Assembly: GCF_030144855.1 (NCBI RefSeq)
Contig: NC_082715.1
Coordinates: 62,806,001-62,870,000 of the forward strand
Origin: Hypanus sabinus
Lineage: Eukaryota
Length of the DNA stretch: 64,000 bases
Reading direction: 5' to 3'
A model generated the notes under the pieces. The model did not search any database. It saw nothing but the letters and a program-made list of their open reading frames with translations, and was not told the origin of the DNA. Position numbers and translations under genes: made by a program. Shown piece after piece: positions 11,531 through 23,490 of this stretch (positions within the stretch are counted from its first letter, which is position 1; each line of letters opens with the position of its first letter).

Positions 11531-13585
11531 GGAGGGAAAACAACAACAAATCATGCCCCCTTTCACATCTTTTCGCCCACCCACTCACGTATAGACATGC
11601 CTCCAACCCAATCAGCTTTTGCTCCAATTTTCCAACAATTCCATCCAATCTTTGATCCATCCTGCTGTAACCTTGGAAAATGTTCCTCAGTATCAACAAC
11701 ATCACCGACTCTTATGTCATCTACAGACTTACTGTCACACCTCCTACACTCACATCCAAGTTGTCAACGTATTCTACATCACAAACAAAAGATGCTAACA
11801 ACAATCTCTGCAATACACCACTGATCACTTTTTCGGAGAGGCATCCAGCACCCTCTGCCTCTTACCACCGAGCTTGACCCATCCAAGAATGAACAATGAG
11901 GGCCCTTTCCTGCCATTGAATGAAACCTAAAATCTCTTCAGGTTTCTCCTGTGACTTGCCTTGGCTCAATGCAAATGTTGAGTCAATCCGCAGGCCTGCT
12001 CCCAGCCCTCTATCGGGCTGCACTGGCTCCTCTCCTGGGGCAGAGAGAAGGGAGAATCTGGCCATTGATCAAGAGGCTCCTCAGACAGGATTTCATCTTA
12101 TTCAAAACCAATCAAAAATGCAGTTCTGGATGCATGAGGGCATTCTATTTTCCCTGTTAATCTAATGTGAACTATCACTGTTTTCAAGAAAACGTAAAAA
12201 TTACAGTAATAATTGTCAAATACAAGCTTTAATTATTGTATATAAATTAGAAAAGATGTGAAACAGTGCAAACTTGGTTCTTTGCATTCCACGTGGAGAA
12301 GCAAATTAAATTGAGGTTTATTTGAGAGATTTTTATCATTAGAATGATGGAGGATTTCCTAAATCAATTTGTAGTTAAAAATTGAAATTTATAATAACAT
12401 TTCACCACATAATGTAAAAAGTATCTAAGTCATATTTCTTCATTTTCAAGAGCATGCAACTTCAGTGATCTTCTGAACCAGAAGCTCACAATTTCCTTAG
12501 GAAACAAAGATACAAAACTTAACATGGACTGTTATGACTGGAAAATCCTATAGACAATATGTTCAGAATAGTCAGATTCCCAGTTTGGTATTAAGCAGCA
12601 CAGAAAGCTGTTTTTATCCAGACTTGGTATCAAAGCTATCATGAAAACGATGAAACACAAATCGGCTTCCATAGTTTCTGATCACTCATCTCCAGATATA
12701 ATTGGGTTCAATGCCCCCTGTAATGGGTAATTACAAAAATCAAACACAGCAGTACAAAGCAAAACTAAACTGTGAAGACCTTTCTGTTCTTGCAGAAATA
12801 GGTTATGTTGAGGTTCATCCCATAACATAAGCAAGGCACCCTCATGGGCACACACTGCAAAAAATCAAATGTACTAAATTATGAATTCCACCAATAACTC
12901 AAAGCGGCTTCTATTGAAATAAGGAAGATGTCCTGAATGGGACAATATGTAAGGAGAGGACATACAGGTGTATGAATAACAGAGTTTTAATAGGAGATGA
13001 GACTAACTTCCTTAATATTGAAAGCAACTGACAGGAATTAGACAGGGCAGTGTGTACAGAAAGGTTTATCAAGCAATAGAGAAATGTCCCTAACAGTGAT
13101 TTAAATTCCATTTGAGAAATGAGGCAGGTTAGTGGCTGATGTGTCACTCTCTCTTCATTGACTGTTCATGGAATGTCAGGGGTTCTAGTAGGGATCACAC
13201 AGGTAGATACGAGTGCCTTTAGTTGAAATAATAAAAGTTACTTATCGGTAAATACAGATTCTCTGTGCCTCACTGATCATTATTATAAGGGGTGATTCTT
13301 GGAACAAAGCTCACCTATTTAAATTGGTGGGGAATTAAGCAAATTCTTTTCTAACTGCTACCCACTTCACTACTTTAGTGGTATTCAGGCAAATCTCTGC
13401 ATCTGGTTACAAGATTCTGTGTATTCTTTCTTCTTAGCTGCCAATTTATGTGCTCCTTTCCACTCAGATCAGACAGACATTAACCAGGAGAGGCAATGTT
13501 GGTGCATTAAGGTGAATAACTCCCCAGTACCTCACCAAGTGTACCATGTAACCTTTGGGAAGCAAGTTCTAGTTCAATTTCATTA

Positions 13586-13873
13586 GAGTCCAAGAACACT
13601 ACAGCAAAGGAAGAGGCTTTTTGGCCCATCTAGTCTGTGCCAAACCATTAGTTTGCATAGTCTCATTGATCTGCATCCATACCCCTCTCATCCATGTACC
13701 TATCCAAATTTTTCTTAAATGTTGAAATCAACCCTGCATCCAGCACTTGAGCTGGCGGATCATTCCACACCCAATAAACTCTGAGTGAATAAATTCACCC
13801 TCATCTTCCCCTTAAACAGTTCACCTTTCATCCATAACCCACAACCTCTAGTTGTACTCTCACCCAACATCAG
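13586..13873 (-). repeat. CR1 3' tail fragment
   Basis: acactacagcaaagg...ggcccatctagtc...catgtacctatccaaa...cattccacac...taaccc matches CR1 tail architecture. Confidence 0.75.
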
Positions 13874-14108
13874 TGCAGAAAGCTTGAAGTTAATAATTCA
13901 TCTTGACAATCAACTTGACTTGACTTGATCTCCTTCTACCTTAGGACACAAACTTATCAACTTTCTAGAGGTCCAGGATCCATATGCTCCACGACCACTG
14001 GACTAAGTGTGTAAATGTAGGAGAGGACTATGTTGAAAAATAAATGTGCTAGGTTTTCTAAAATTGACTCCTTCTACCTTGGGCCACGAACTTATAAATC
14101 AGCCCTCG
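13874..14108 (-). mobile_element. Half copy of the mariner MITE at 16099-16576
   Basis: Matches one arm of the MITE and ends ...cagccctcg followed by TA. Encodes the transposase end WTKCVNVGEDYVEK* on the plus strand. Confidence 0.85.
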
Positions 14109-14725
14109 TATAATCCCATAAGCATGGTCATATCTTTTTTATTCCTCAATTCTATCCATAAAGCCTCACTAGATGAGCTCTCCATGCAGTCATGACTGAG
14201 AATTGACGTGACATTTTTCCTGATTAGTATTGCCACCCCAACCCTTAATATATCCTGCTCTATCATGTTTAAAACAATGGAACCCTGGAACATTGAGCTG
14301 TCAGTCTTATCCCTCTTCAGCCAAATCTCATAAATGGCTACAATGTCATAAGTTGATATGTGATCCATGCACTAAGCTATGTCTTTACTACAACACTCCT
14401 TGAATTGATATATACGCAGCTCAGAACATTAGACTCACCATGCTAAATATTTAGATCCCTGACCTTAACAACATCTTTTAACACAAGAACGCTATTATCT
14501 GTTCTGGCGTTCTGGTTCCCATCTCCATGCAACTATAGTTTAAACCCCCTCCCCCATGCAGTAGTAGCAAACCTTACCACTAGGATATTAGACCTCCTCC
14601 AGTTCAGATGCAAACCATCCCTTCTGTACAGTTCTTACCTTCCCTGGAGAAGAGCCCAATGGTCCAAAAATCTGAAGTCCACCCTCCAATACCAACTCAG
14701 CCATCTGTTGAACTGCATGATCTGG
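14109..14725 (-). mobile_element. CR1 LINE fragment: ORF1 (SGNH esterase) end, ORF1/ORF2 junction and EN start
   Basis: Minus strand motifs FRFLDHW...RDGLHLN, then GGTTTAAAC, then YDIVAI.E.WL and WIELRNKK (ORF 14099-14368). Confidence 0.85.
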
Positions 14726-16098
14726 GACTTCAGTTAAACAAGGACATGCGTGAGATTTGAGATTGAAGGAAAAGCACACAGATAGGAAGCTAATAAAGAA
14801 GAATTCACTTAGGTCTGGATCTAGACAAGCAGAATGATCTGAACACAGTTAATACTGGTAAAATGGATAGCTGGTCCCTGTAAAAGAACATGCTGTTTTT
14901 CCTATTAATAGATATCACATATATGCACACCCACAAAAACACCCCTAGAAGCATTCCTTACCCACAGAGCAATGAATATGCACAAAGGTTTTCATTTTCA
15001 AACCAAAATTGTTAGCTAATATATAGGATTTAATCCTCAAAACAAAGTAATTATTTAGAGCTAACAATCAGAAGAGCAAGTATAGACTGGGGTGACAATA
15101 TGTTGCATGAAATATGGTGCCCTAGTTGTGGAACCGCATCTGTTATTGGCAAGATTTATATTCAGGAGATGCAGATGCTGAATGATGTGAAGTCTTGGGG
15201 GGTGGGTGAAGACATCTGTTGTCAGTGAATGTAATGAGGTTATTTTCTGCTCTACCATTATGGAATTAATGAATGTATGCAATTGGAAAAATTTGGCTAA
15301 GATCTAGTGAGATGGATTTATCAACCAGATGAAGGGATGTTTTGGCCTTCATTCCTGAACATCTGTATGCACGGCATATCAGAGGCAATTTTGAATTTGA
15401 ACAGCAATGAAAATGGGCAATGTCAGGTCAGTCATGCTTAATATCACTCAAGTTTTTGCTTCCATTGAAGTGAAAAGAAATTAAAATGAAGAGAAATGAA
15501 ATACTGGCTATCATGTTGTGCATTTTGCATTATCACAAAATCAAAATTAGCTCCACCTGCTATAATTCATGACAGTTTATCAAAACCAACTGCTCACAAT
15601 TACTAAAAAGATTTGGAGATTTTTAAAAATTCATTCCTGCATTATTTTCCACTTTCTGCTCAATTTCATTTCTGTTGCCAATAAAGTTTTGACTGGCCTT
15701 CTTGTCAACAGGTCTGATTCTTTTTTAGTTCAGTTCCACTTCTGGCACCAATATATTTCCAGGTGACAATGCACATATAATCTTATTGGAAGAAGTAGAT
15801 AACCATTAGAGGAAATTAGATAGCTCAGACTGATCATGATACACTTTGTGACTAGCAGAACATTCACAGATAGAGAAATACATACCTACTTTATTCTACA
15901 GAGGGTTTCTACTTTATTCTACTGGGTTTCTCCAAAGAAAATTATATCAAATCAAATATTCCTCTAGCATTGAGATAAATACAGTCAAAGCTGCAGTCCC
16001 TGTCAACTGCATTACTCCTGTTTATCCTAGACAATTGTCACTGTGAAGGAAAAACATTTACTATATATTTGCAAAGGAATCGGAAACAAAGCATAATA

Positions 16099-16576
16099 CA
16101 AGGGTTGATTGATAAGTCTGTGGCCTAAGGTAGAAAGAATCAGTTTTAGAAAACCTAGCACATTTATTTTTCAACATAGTCCCCTCCTACATTTACACAC
16201 TTAGTCCAGCGTTCAGGAAGCATACAGATCTTGGACCTCCAGAAAGTGTCCACAGCAGGGGTGATTGATAAGTTTGTGGCCTAAGGTAGAAGGAGATGAG
16301 TTATTAACTTCAAACTTCCTGCATTATCACTCAAACAGTTGAACTGCATGTGAATGTAACAAGAGTTGTATAACTCATCAGCTTCTACATCAAGCCACGA
16401 ACTTATCAATCACCCCTGTTGTGGACACTTTCTGGAGGTCCAAAATCCGTATGCTCCACAACTGCTGGACTAACCGTGTAAATGTAGGAGGGGATAACGT
16501 TGAAAAAATAAATGTGCTAGGTTTTCTAAAATTGACTCCTTCTACCTTAGGCCACGAACTTTTCAATCACCCTTCG
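16099..16576. mobile_element. Tc1/mariner non-autonomous MITE with long inverted arms
   Basis: TA at 16097-98 and 16577-78. TIR c(a/g)aggg(g/t)tgattgataagt..gtggcctaaggtagaa. Arms of about 200 bp are inverted repeats, each with the mariner transposase C-terminus (W.KCVNVGGDYVEK*). Confidence 0.9.
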
Positions 16577-16589
16577 TATAGTATGGAGG

Positions 16590-17370
16590 AAAAGCAAGGA
16601 TCTATAAGAGGTAGTGAGCATGGCTTTGTTCGTGGGAGGTTATCATTTACAAGCTTGATGGAGTCTTTTGAGGAGGGGACAAAGACGTTGATGAAATCAG
16701 GGCAATAAATGTGGTATACATGGATTTCAATAAAGCTTTTTACAAAGTCTTTTGTGCCAGGCTGATCCAGAGGATCAAGCCAAATAGGATCATGATGACT
16801 TGTTAGATTAAATTCAAAATTAATCTTGCCATAGAATACAGAGAATAGTGGTGGAGAGGTATTATTCTGACTGGATGTCTGTGACCAGTGCTGTTCCACA
16901 AGGATCAGTGTTGTGACATCTGTTGTTCAAAATTCATATAAATAATGGGGACAAAAATGTAACTGGGCTGATTAGTAACTTTGCAGGTGACTCAAAAACT
17001 GGCAGACTTGTAAATAGTTTGTCAAAAGATTCAGCCAAATCTAGACTGGTTGGAAATGTGGGCAGAGAAGTGGCATGTGGGGTTTAATCTAGGTTTTGTA
17101 CTTTGGGAGGTCAAATTTGAGATGAAAGAATACAGCTAATGGTGGGACTCTCAACAGCATTGATGTACTAAGAGATCTTGAAGTGCAAGTCCATAGCTCC
17201 CTGATAGTGGCAACAAGTAGACAAGATGATAAGGGCGGTATATGGTATACTTGCCTTCATTGGATGGGTTGCTGAGTATAAAAATTAGGAAGTCATATTG
17301 CAACTGTATCAAACTTTGATTAGGGCACATTGGGTCACATTTGGAGGATTGTTTGCAGTTCTGTTTGCTG
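16590..17370 (+). mobile_element. CR1 LINE RT fragment (decayed)
   Basis: Motifs HGFVRGRLSFTSLMESFEE, YMDFNKAF.KV, VPQGSVL, FAGD. Confidence 0.85.
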
Positions 17371-17593
17371 CAATTGGGGATGGATATGGAGGATGATAAT
17401 TCTGGATGCAGCCCATACCACACCTTTGACCCCACCACCCTACTCTTATTATCAAAGAGGCTCAGGCATAGAGGACAAGAAAGAGTGGAACAAGAACATT
17501 TGGGAACGCTATCTATCAATTACCTCTCCTTCAACTCCACTGATGCACTAACTTTTTGCTGATCTACAAGACCTGTAAAGTAAAGCAGAGTAG

Positions 17594-18627
17594 TTGCTAA
17601 TGATCAACACTGGCGCCCCTCAGGGGTGTGTGCTTAGTCCACTACTCTACTCTCTATATACACATGGCTGCGTGGCTAGGCATAGTTCAAATATCATCTA
17701 TAAATTTGCAGATGATACAACCATTGTTGGTGGAATCTCAGGTGGTGACAAGAGGATGGACAAGAAGAGTGAGATATGCCAACTAGTGGAGTGGTGCCAC
17801 TGCAACAACCTGGCACTCAACGTCTCTAAGATGAAGAAGCTGATTGTGGATTTGAGGAAGGATAAGATGAAGGAACACATACCAATCCTCAGAGAGGGAT
17901 CAGTTTAGAGAGAGTGAGCAGTTTCAAGTTCCTGGGTGTCAAGATCTCTGAGGATCTAACCTGGTCCCAACATATTGATATAAGTCATAAAGAAGGCAAG
18001 ACAGCAGCTATACTTCATTAGGAGTTTCAAGAGATTCGGCATGTCAAAAAATACACTCAAAAACTTCTGTAGTTGTACCATGGAGAGCATTCTGAGAGGC
18101 TGCATCACTGTCTGGTATGGAGGGGCTACTGCACAGGACCAAAAGAAGTTGCAGAAGGTTGTAAATCTAGTCAGCCCCATCTTGGGCACTAGCCAACTAA
18201 GTATCCAGGACATCTTTAGGGAGCAGTGTCTCAGAAAGGTAGCGTCCATTATTAAGGACCTCCAACACCCAGAGCATGCCCTTTTCTCACTGTTATCATC
18301 AGGTAGGAGGTACAGAAGCCTGAAGGCATACACTCACTGATTCAGGAACAGCTCCTTCCCCTCTGCCATCCAATTCCTGAATGGACATTAAAGCTTTGGA
18401 CATTACCTTACTTTTTTTTAATATACAGTATTTCTGTTTTTGCACTTTTAAAATCTATTCAATATACATAATTGATTTACTTGCTTATTTATTATTTTTT
18501 TACTTTATTTATTATTAATATGTTTCCCTCTCTGCTAGATTATGTATTGCATTGAACTACTGCTGCTAAGTTAACAAATTTCACATCACATGCCGGTGAT
18601 AATAAACCTGATTCTGATTCTGATTCA
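17594..18627 (+). mobile_element. Rex1/Babar-like LINE, 5'-truncated
   Basis: ORFs 17594-17908 ([19 protein letters not shown]...YKFADDTTIVG) and 18041-18340; tail aataaacc(tgattc)3. Confidence 0.92.
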
Positions 18628-18648
18628 ATGGTAGAGAAGTCAATAATC

Positions 18649-18835
18649 AAACACAGGAAATTCACAAATGCTGAAAATTCAGAGCAACCCACACAAAATG
18701 CTGAAGAAGTCAGGCAGCATCTATGGGGAAGAATAATCCTGATGCAAAGCCCTGACCTGAAATGCTAATGATTTCTTTCCTCTCACAATGAGTTCCTATG
18801 CGATGCCCCAGCATCTGCAATCTCCTCTGTTTTCA
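18649..18835. mobile_element. Penelope pLTR fold-back mini-element (decayed hammerhead)
   Basis: Head acacagga...cacacaaaatgctgaag...caggcagcatcta, decayed plus-strand core cctgatgc...cctgaaatg, and opposite-strand terminus ccagcatctgcaatctc. Confidence 0.6.
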
Positions 18836-18924
18836 ATATTGGTGTATCTACACCAGAAAGCCTGTACCTGTTAAGAAGATAGCTCATCACCACCTTCTCA
18901 AGGACTTTACAGTCAGTTAATAGA

Positions 18925-19256
18925 ATTCTTAAAAAATCTGCATCTATCATTAAGGACCCCTATCACTCAGGACATGCCCTGTTCTTGTTACTACCATCAG
19001 AAAGAAGGTACTGGAGCATAAAAGCACACATTCAATGATTCAGGAGCAACTTCTCCCTCTCTACCATCTGATTTCTGAATGGACATTGAACCCATGAACA
19101 CCACTTCACTACTATTCTTATTGTTTTTATTTTTGCACTATTTACTTAATTAAACTATTTAATGTATATATTGGTACTTACTGTAATTCAGTTTTTTTTC
19201 TCTCTGTTATTATGCATTACATTGTGCTGCTGCCAGAAAGTAAACAAATTTAATGA
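18925..19256 (+). mobile_element. Rex1/Babar-like 3' fragment
   Basis: ASIIKDPYHSGHALFLLLPSERRY followed by the 3' UTR. Confidence 0.8.
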
Positions 19257-19267
19257 CAGAGCACATT

Positions 19268-19402
19268 CCAAGCAACACACACAAAATGCTAGAGGAATTC
19301 AGTGGGCCAGGCAGCATCCAGGAAAAAGAGTACAGTCGATGTTTCGGACCAAAATCCTTCAGCATGGAATTCCAACATCTGCAGATTTTCTCTTGTTTGT
19401 GA
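19268..19402. mobile_element. Penelope pLTR fold-back mini-element
   Basis: pLTR head with decayed minus-strand hammerhead (tgctgaaggattttggtccGAAACATCgactg), then the inverted pLTR terminus catctgcagattttctcttgtttgtga. Confidence 0.7.
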
Positions 19403-19886
19403 GAGCACAATCCTTCCTGGTAACCATAACAACATGGAAAATGAAATTTTAAATGAAACTTAAAAAACTACAGCTGATAGAAATCTAAAAGAAAAAACAG
19501 AAAATCCTGGAACTGTAGCGGTGTGCTACACGCAGCGCTAAAATTACGACACGGAGTCGGTAACTGCAGTCGAAGGAAAACTTTATTTGAAATACCCAGC
19601 CTTGCTTTTAAGCCTCCCTCAACCTGCCCCCTGTGGCGCAGAGGCTCCAAAGCTCTGTGCTCGCAAACCCCCCGTAGGCTATCTCCCTTAGCCGGAACGC
19701 TGGCTAATTGTGAGCCGGTTCAGATGTGCCAGGAAATGGGTCGCCACATAACCCCCCCACCCCAGAACCGGCGATACACCCCCCAATGTCCACAGTCTGA
19801 GCCGGAACCTGTTTGGGAGGTTGGCCTCTGCGCCGCGGTGCCGGAAACTCGACCGGTTGCGCCAGGTCTACATGGGCCAGTTTGAG

Positions 19887-20600
19887 TCAGTCCACCATGA
19901 AAACCTCCTCTCTCCCCCCAACGTCCAGCATGAATGTGGACCCATTGTTCCGGAGCACTGTAAATGGCCCCTCGTAGGGCCGTTGCAGCGGTGGCCGATG
20001 CCCGCCCCTTCGTACAAACACAAACTTACAGTCCTGCAGTTCTTTGGGTACGCAGGTCGGGTTCTGCCCATGCTGCGAAGTGGGTATGGGGGCCAGGTTA
20101 CTGAGCTTCTCGCATAGTCTGCCCAGGACTGCTGCGGGTTCTTCCTCTTGCCCCCTTGGGGCTGGTATGAACTCCCCGGGGACGACCAGGGGCGCGCTGT
20201 ACACCAACTCGGCCGACGAGGCGTGCAGATCATCTTTGGGCGCCGTGCGGATGCCGAGTAGGACCCAGGGAAGCTCGTCCGCCCAGTTAGCTCCTCGCAG
20301 GCGGGCCATGAGGGCCGACTTCAGGTGACGGTGGAAACTCTCCACTAGCCCGTTCGACTGTGGGTGGTAGGCAGTGGTGTGGTGCAGCTGAGTCCCCAAA
20401 AGCTTGGCCATAGCTGACCACAGGCTGGAGGTGAACTGGGCGCCTCTGTCGGAGGTAATGTGGGCCGGTACACCAAAGCGAGATATCCAGGTGGTGATCA
20501 GTGCCTGGGCGCAAGATTCGGAGGTGGTGTCGGTGAGCGGGATCGCCTCTGGCCATCTTGTGAACCGGTCCATGATAGTCAGGAGGTGCTGCGCTCCTCG
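19887..20600 (-). pseudogene. Integrase C-terminal half of the Gypsy element
   Basis: DRFTRWPEAIP, ITSDRGAQF, TTAYHPQSNGLVESFHR, LPWVLLGIRT, LQRPYEGPF. The first catalytic D region is deleted. Confidence 0.92.
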
Positions 20601-20900
20601 CCATCCAGGTGCAGTAAACGGGCAGCCCGCTCGTGCTGTGAGAGTCCGAAAGTCCTGAGGAGCAGGGCTTTGAATTCCGTGTACTTGCCGTCTGCCGGGG
20701 GCGACTATACGAACTCCGCGACCTGGGCCGCTGTGTCCTGGTCGAGGGAGCTCACCACGTAGAAGTAGCGGGTGTCCTCTGAGGTGACCTGCCGAACATG
20801 GAATTGGGGTTCAGCTTGCTGAAACCATAGATGAGGTCGCTGTGTCCAAAAACCCGGCAGTTTCAACGAAACCGCATGAACAAAGGCGGCGTCGGTCACT
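20601..20900 (-). pseudogene. Gag N-terminal remnant of the Gypsy element
   Basis: AVSLKLPGFWTQRPHLWFQQAE.QF...SEDTRYFYVVSSL...FKALLLRTFGLS..ERAARLL, with an internal stop at 20705. Confidence 0.85.
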
Positions 20901-20923
20901 TCTGGTCCAAAATTCGTTTGGAC

Positions 20924-20937
20924 CATCAGGGTCACCA
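20924..20937 (-). promoter_or_regulatory. Primer-binding site complementary to the tRNA-Trp 3' end
   Basis: TGGTGACCCTGATG lies 2 nt inside the 5' LTR. It differs from the canonical Trp PBS TGGTGACCCCGACG only by two CpG>TpG changes. Confidence 0.85.
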
Positions 20938-21177
20938 ATTGTAGCGGTGTGCTACACGCAGCGCTAAAATTAGGACACAGAGTCGGTAACTGCAGTCAAA
21001 GAAAAACTTTATTCGAAATACCCAGCCTTGCTTTTAAGCCTCCCTCAACCTGCCCCCCGTGGCGCAGAGGCTCCAAAGCTCTGTGCTCGCAAACCCCCTT
21101 AGGCTATCTCCCTTAGCCGGAACGCTGACTAATTGTGAGCTGGTTCGGATGTGCCAGGAAATGGGTCGCCACAGAAC

Positions 21178-21540
21178 TACCCATCTACTCCTGTAGGAAG
21201 AGAAACAGAGTCCACATTTCAAGTCGGAGACACTTCGTCAGAACTGAAAGAGAGACAAGCAAAGCTAATTAAACTGCAGGGAGGGTGGGGGAGGGAGGAT
21301 GTCTCTAATAGAGTGAAACCAGGACGCCCATGGGGAAAAACTGTAAATAAGATTATCTGGTAATGAGTCAGTGGGAGCATTTAGTGAGTGTGAAATGGAC
21401 AAAAGTACCTAGACAAAAGAATGTGGAACACTGATTAAGTGTTTAAGCCTAACATATCAAGTATTTGTTTCCCTCCATAGATGCTGTCTGTCCTGCTAAG
21501 ATCTCTTAACATTTTGTGTATAATCTTCCAGATCTCCAAA
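21178..21540. mobile_element. Decayed Penelope pLTR element hosting the Gypsy insertion (left part about 19465-19513)
   Basis: Minus-strand hammerhead remnant at 21208-21246 (cagtt-CTGACGA-agtgtctccgactt-GAAA-TGTG-gactc) and inverted terminus tagatgctgtctgtcctgctaag...cattttgtgt. Confidence 0.6.
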
Positions 21541-21620
21541 GTTTATCACGTCTCCAAAAGAAAGTGAATGTTGTAAAATGCATCAGAGAGGGCAAGGTGA
21601 CCAACCCAGCAGTCAAGTCA

Positions 21621-22509
21621 GGCTGCATCCACACTACGCCAGATAAATCCGTAACAGAAGCTTTTTCTCTTCGTTTTTATCCTCTGTCCACACTAAATCG
21701 ATGTTTTCGTCCCCCAAAACCGGAGCTTTTCAGAAACGCTTTCCAGGGTGGGTATTTTTGAAAACGCTGCTCAGGCAGATCAATGTGGATGGAGTAACCG
21801 GAGACTTCTGAAAACGCTGTCAGATGGCAGCACGCTATTTCATTATTTTCTTGAACGCAACCTAACAATTTCAGAACAGACAGTAACGAGACTGAAGCCA
21901 GAAGAGTTAGAAATGTATTCACCAAATACTTTGACCCATAACTTACTGAATAAATAAATATACTGTACTCACTTTGCTGTTTTCTGTCCTTGCTCGTATG
22001 AAGGTGGTTTACCTATTTATTCAAGTACTTCTCTGACAATAGATGTGTAACAGCCTAAGGTAACGTTGTATGGAAATATAAGATAACACTGATGCAGACA
22101 TGTTTTATACATTTAACAAGGTGCTTTATTAATGCAACAGAGTTAGTCAGTTTTTCAATGTTCGTCATCAGCCGGGTCGATCTGTCCGTGAACTCCCTGT
22201 TGGTTGCCGCCGTACGCTCCAGTATTTGTTTTTTTTAGTTTTAAGTTCTCCTGCGCAAGAGCCAACAGCTGTCCATCATTTTTTTTAGTTTTTCTAGTCT
22301 GTAACTACACAAACGCACACTTTTATGGCGAGATTCGAAACAAACATGTCGCTTGTTTTCGATAGATGTGTCCTGCGCATGCACAGCAGGAGATTCGCAG
22401 AAATATCCGTTTCATTGTGGATAGAGATATTTTCAAAAACACGTAGTGAGGACGCCTATCATTTTTACGCGGTGTTTTCAAAATTATCCGGTCCAGTGTG
22501 GATGTAGCC
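21621..22509. mobile_element. PIF/Harbinger-like non-autonomous DNA transposon (889 bp), copy 1
   Basis: TIR GGCTGCATCCACACT...AGTGTGGATGTAGCC, 3-bp flanks TCA/TTA, no coding capacity. A second copy lies at 44190. Confidence 0.85.
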
Positions 22510-23199
22510 TTAGATAGGCCCTCCGCATGACAATATTGTAGGTGGATAACCATTTTAGATAGAGAAATCAAGATTACCTGAAGTTGCAGAATTTAATATT
22601 AATTCCAGAGATAATCATTCATTTCTATGCAGACTGTAGAGCACCACCATCAGCATCGCCTTCCACCCAGCTCCCAGAATTGGATCTCATGAGCACTTCT
22701 GGCTTCTAAGAACATTGCATTTATATTCTTAGAAAGATTACATTTGTCAATTTATTTTTTCAATGGAAATAACCAGGGTTAAATATGGACTTGCACTAAA
22801 ATAATAAGGAAATGTGGTGTCACAATCCAGCTCTCCATCAAGGTGAGAATGTATATGTAGTCAACTTAAGTGACTAACTCCCATCACCCATCCACCAACT
22901 GATGACTTCTAGGACTTCAGTCTCAGTAAGACTCATCTGTTATCAGTGATATTACCCATTGTGTGTACTGAACTTGATTAGCTAAAGTCCTTTTCTACCT
23001 CCATCATTTCACACATTTTTTTATATATTGTGAACTACTTACTTACAGGGAACCAGTCGTGCTGTTGTTGTTGTTCAGAGTATTGCTGTCAAGGACATTT
23101 TTTAATCAGTTAACACTTTTAGCATTTCAGTTTCACAGAAACATTACCAAACAAAAAAATAACTGGCAAAATGGGAGAAATTAGAGCAGGAGACCAAAA

Positions 23200-23490
23200 A
23201 AAAAATGCCCAAAATGGTAGCTTTCAAAGTTTTTTTCTAATTGGAAAGTCAGAGTATGTGAAATAAGGATTAGGGAATTTACATTCTGAGCAACAGAAGG
23301 CAGGGACTGGCAAAGAGAATACTTTGGGGAAAGAGTAAAATGGAGAAATGAAAGGAGCACGGAGAATTTATAGATTTTCTCATAGTAGTGAGAAGGACTC
23401 TAGTGGGATTTGAGATAAGGGTGAAGAACTTAAAAATTGAAATGTTGCTTAACTAGCACCCGATGTAGGTTAATGTGCCGATGGGGACAT
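23200..23490 (-). repeat. Probable L2-type LINE 3' fragment (very decayed)
   Basis: gggaatttacattctg...gggatttgagataagggtgaagaacttaaaaattgaaatgttgcttaac...atgtaggt resembles L2 3' regions. Recognised by eye only. Confidence 0.4.

Larger units (their letters stand above)
19514..21173 (-). mobile_element. Ty3/Gypsy LTR retrotransposon, CsRn1-like, internally deleted (1.66 kb)
   Basis: LTRs at 19514-19748 and 20940-21173 (TG...CA; about 10 substitutions and 1 indel by eye). 4-bp TSD GAAC (19510-13, 21174-77), tRNA-Trp-type PBS, and PPT next to the left LTR. Gag N-terminus joined to an integrase C-half. Confidence 0.95.

Noticed and set aside
15886-15930. Short direct repeat ctactttattctac x2
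   Set aside because: A simple local tandem duplication, not an array. No CRISPR-like or prokaryotic system is present in the window.
21677-21957. Similar short ORFs here and at 44276-44598, suggesting a duplicated gene
   Set aside because: Both lie within the two Harbinger MITE copies, with no transposase or other domain motif.
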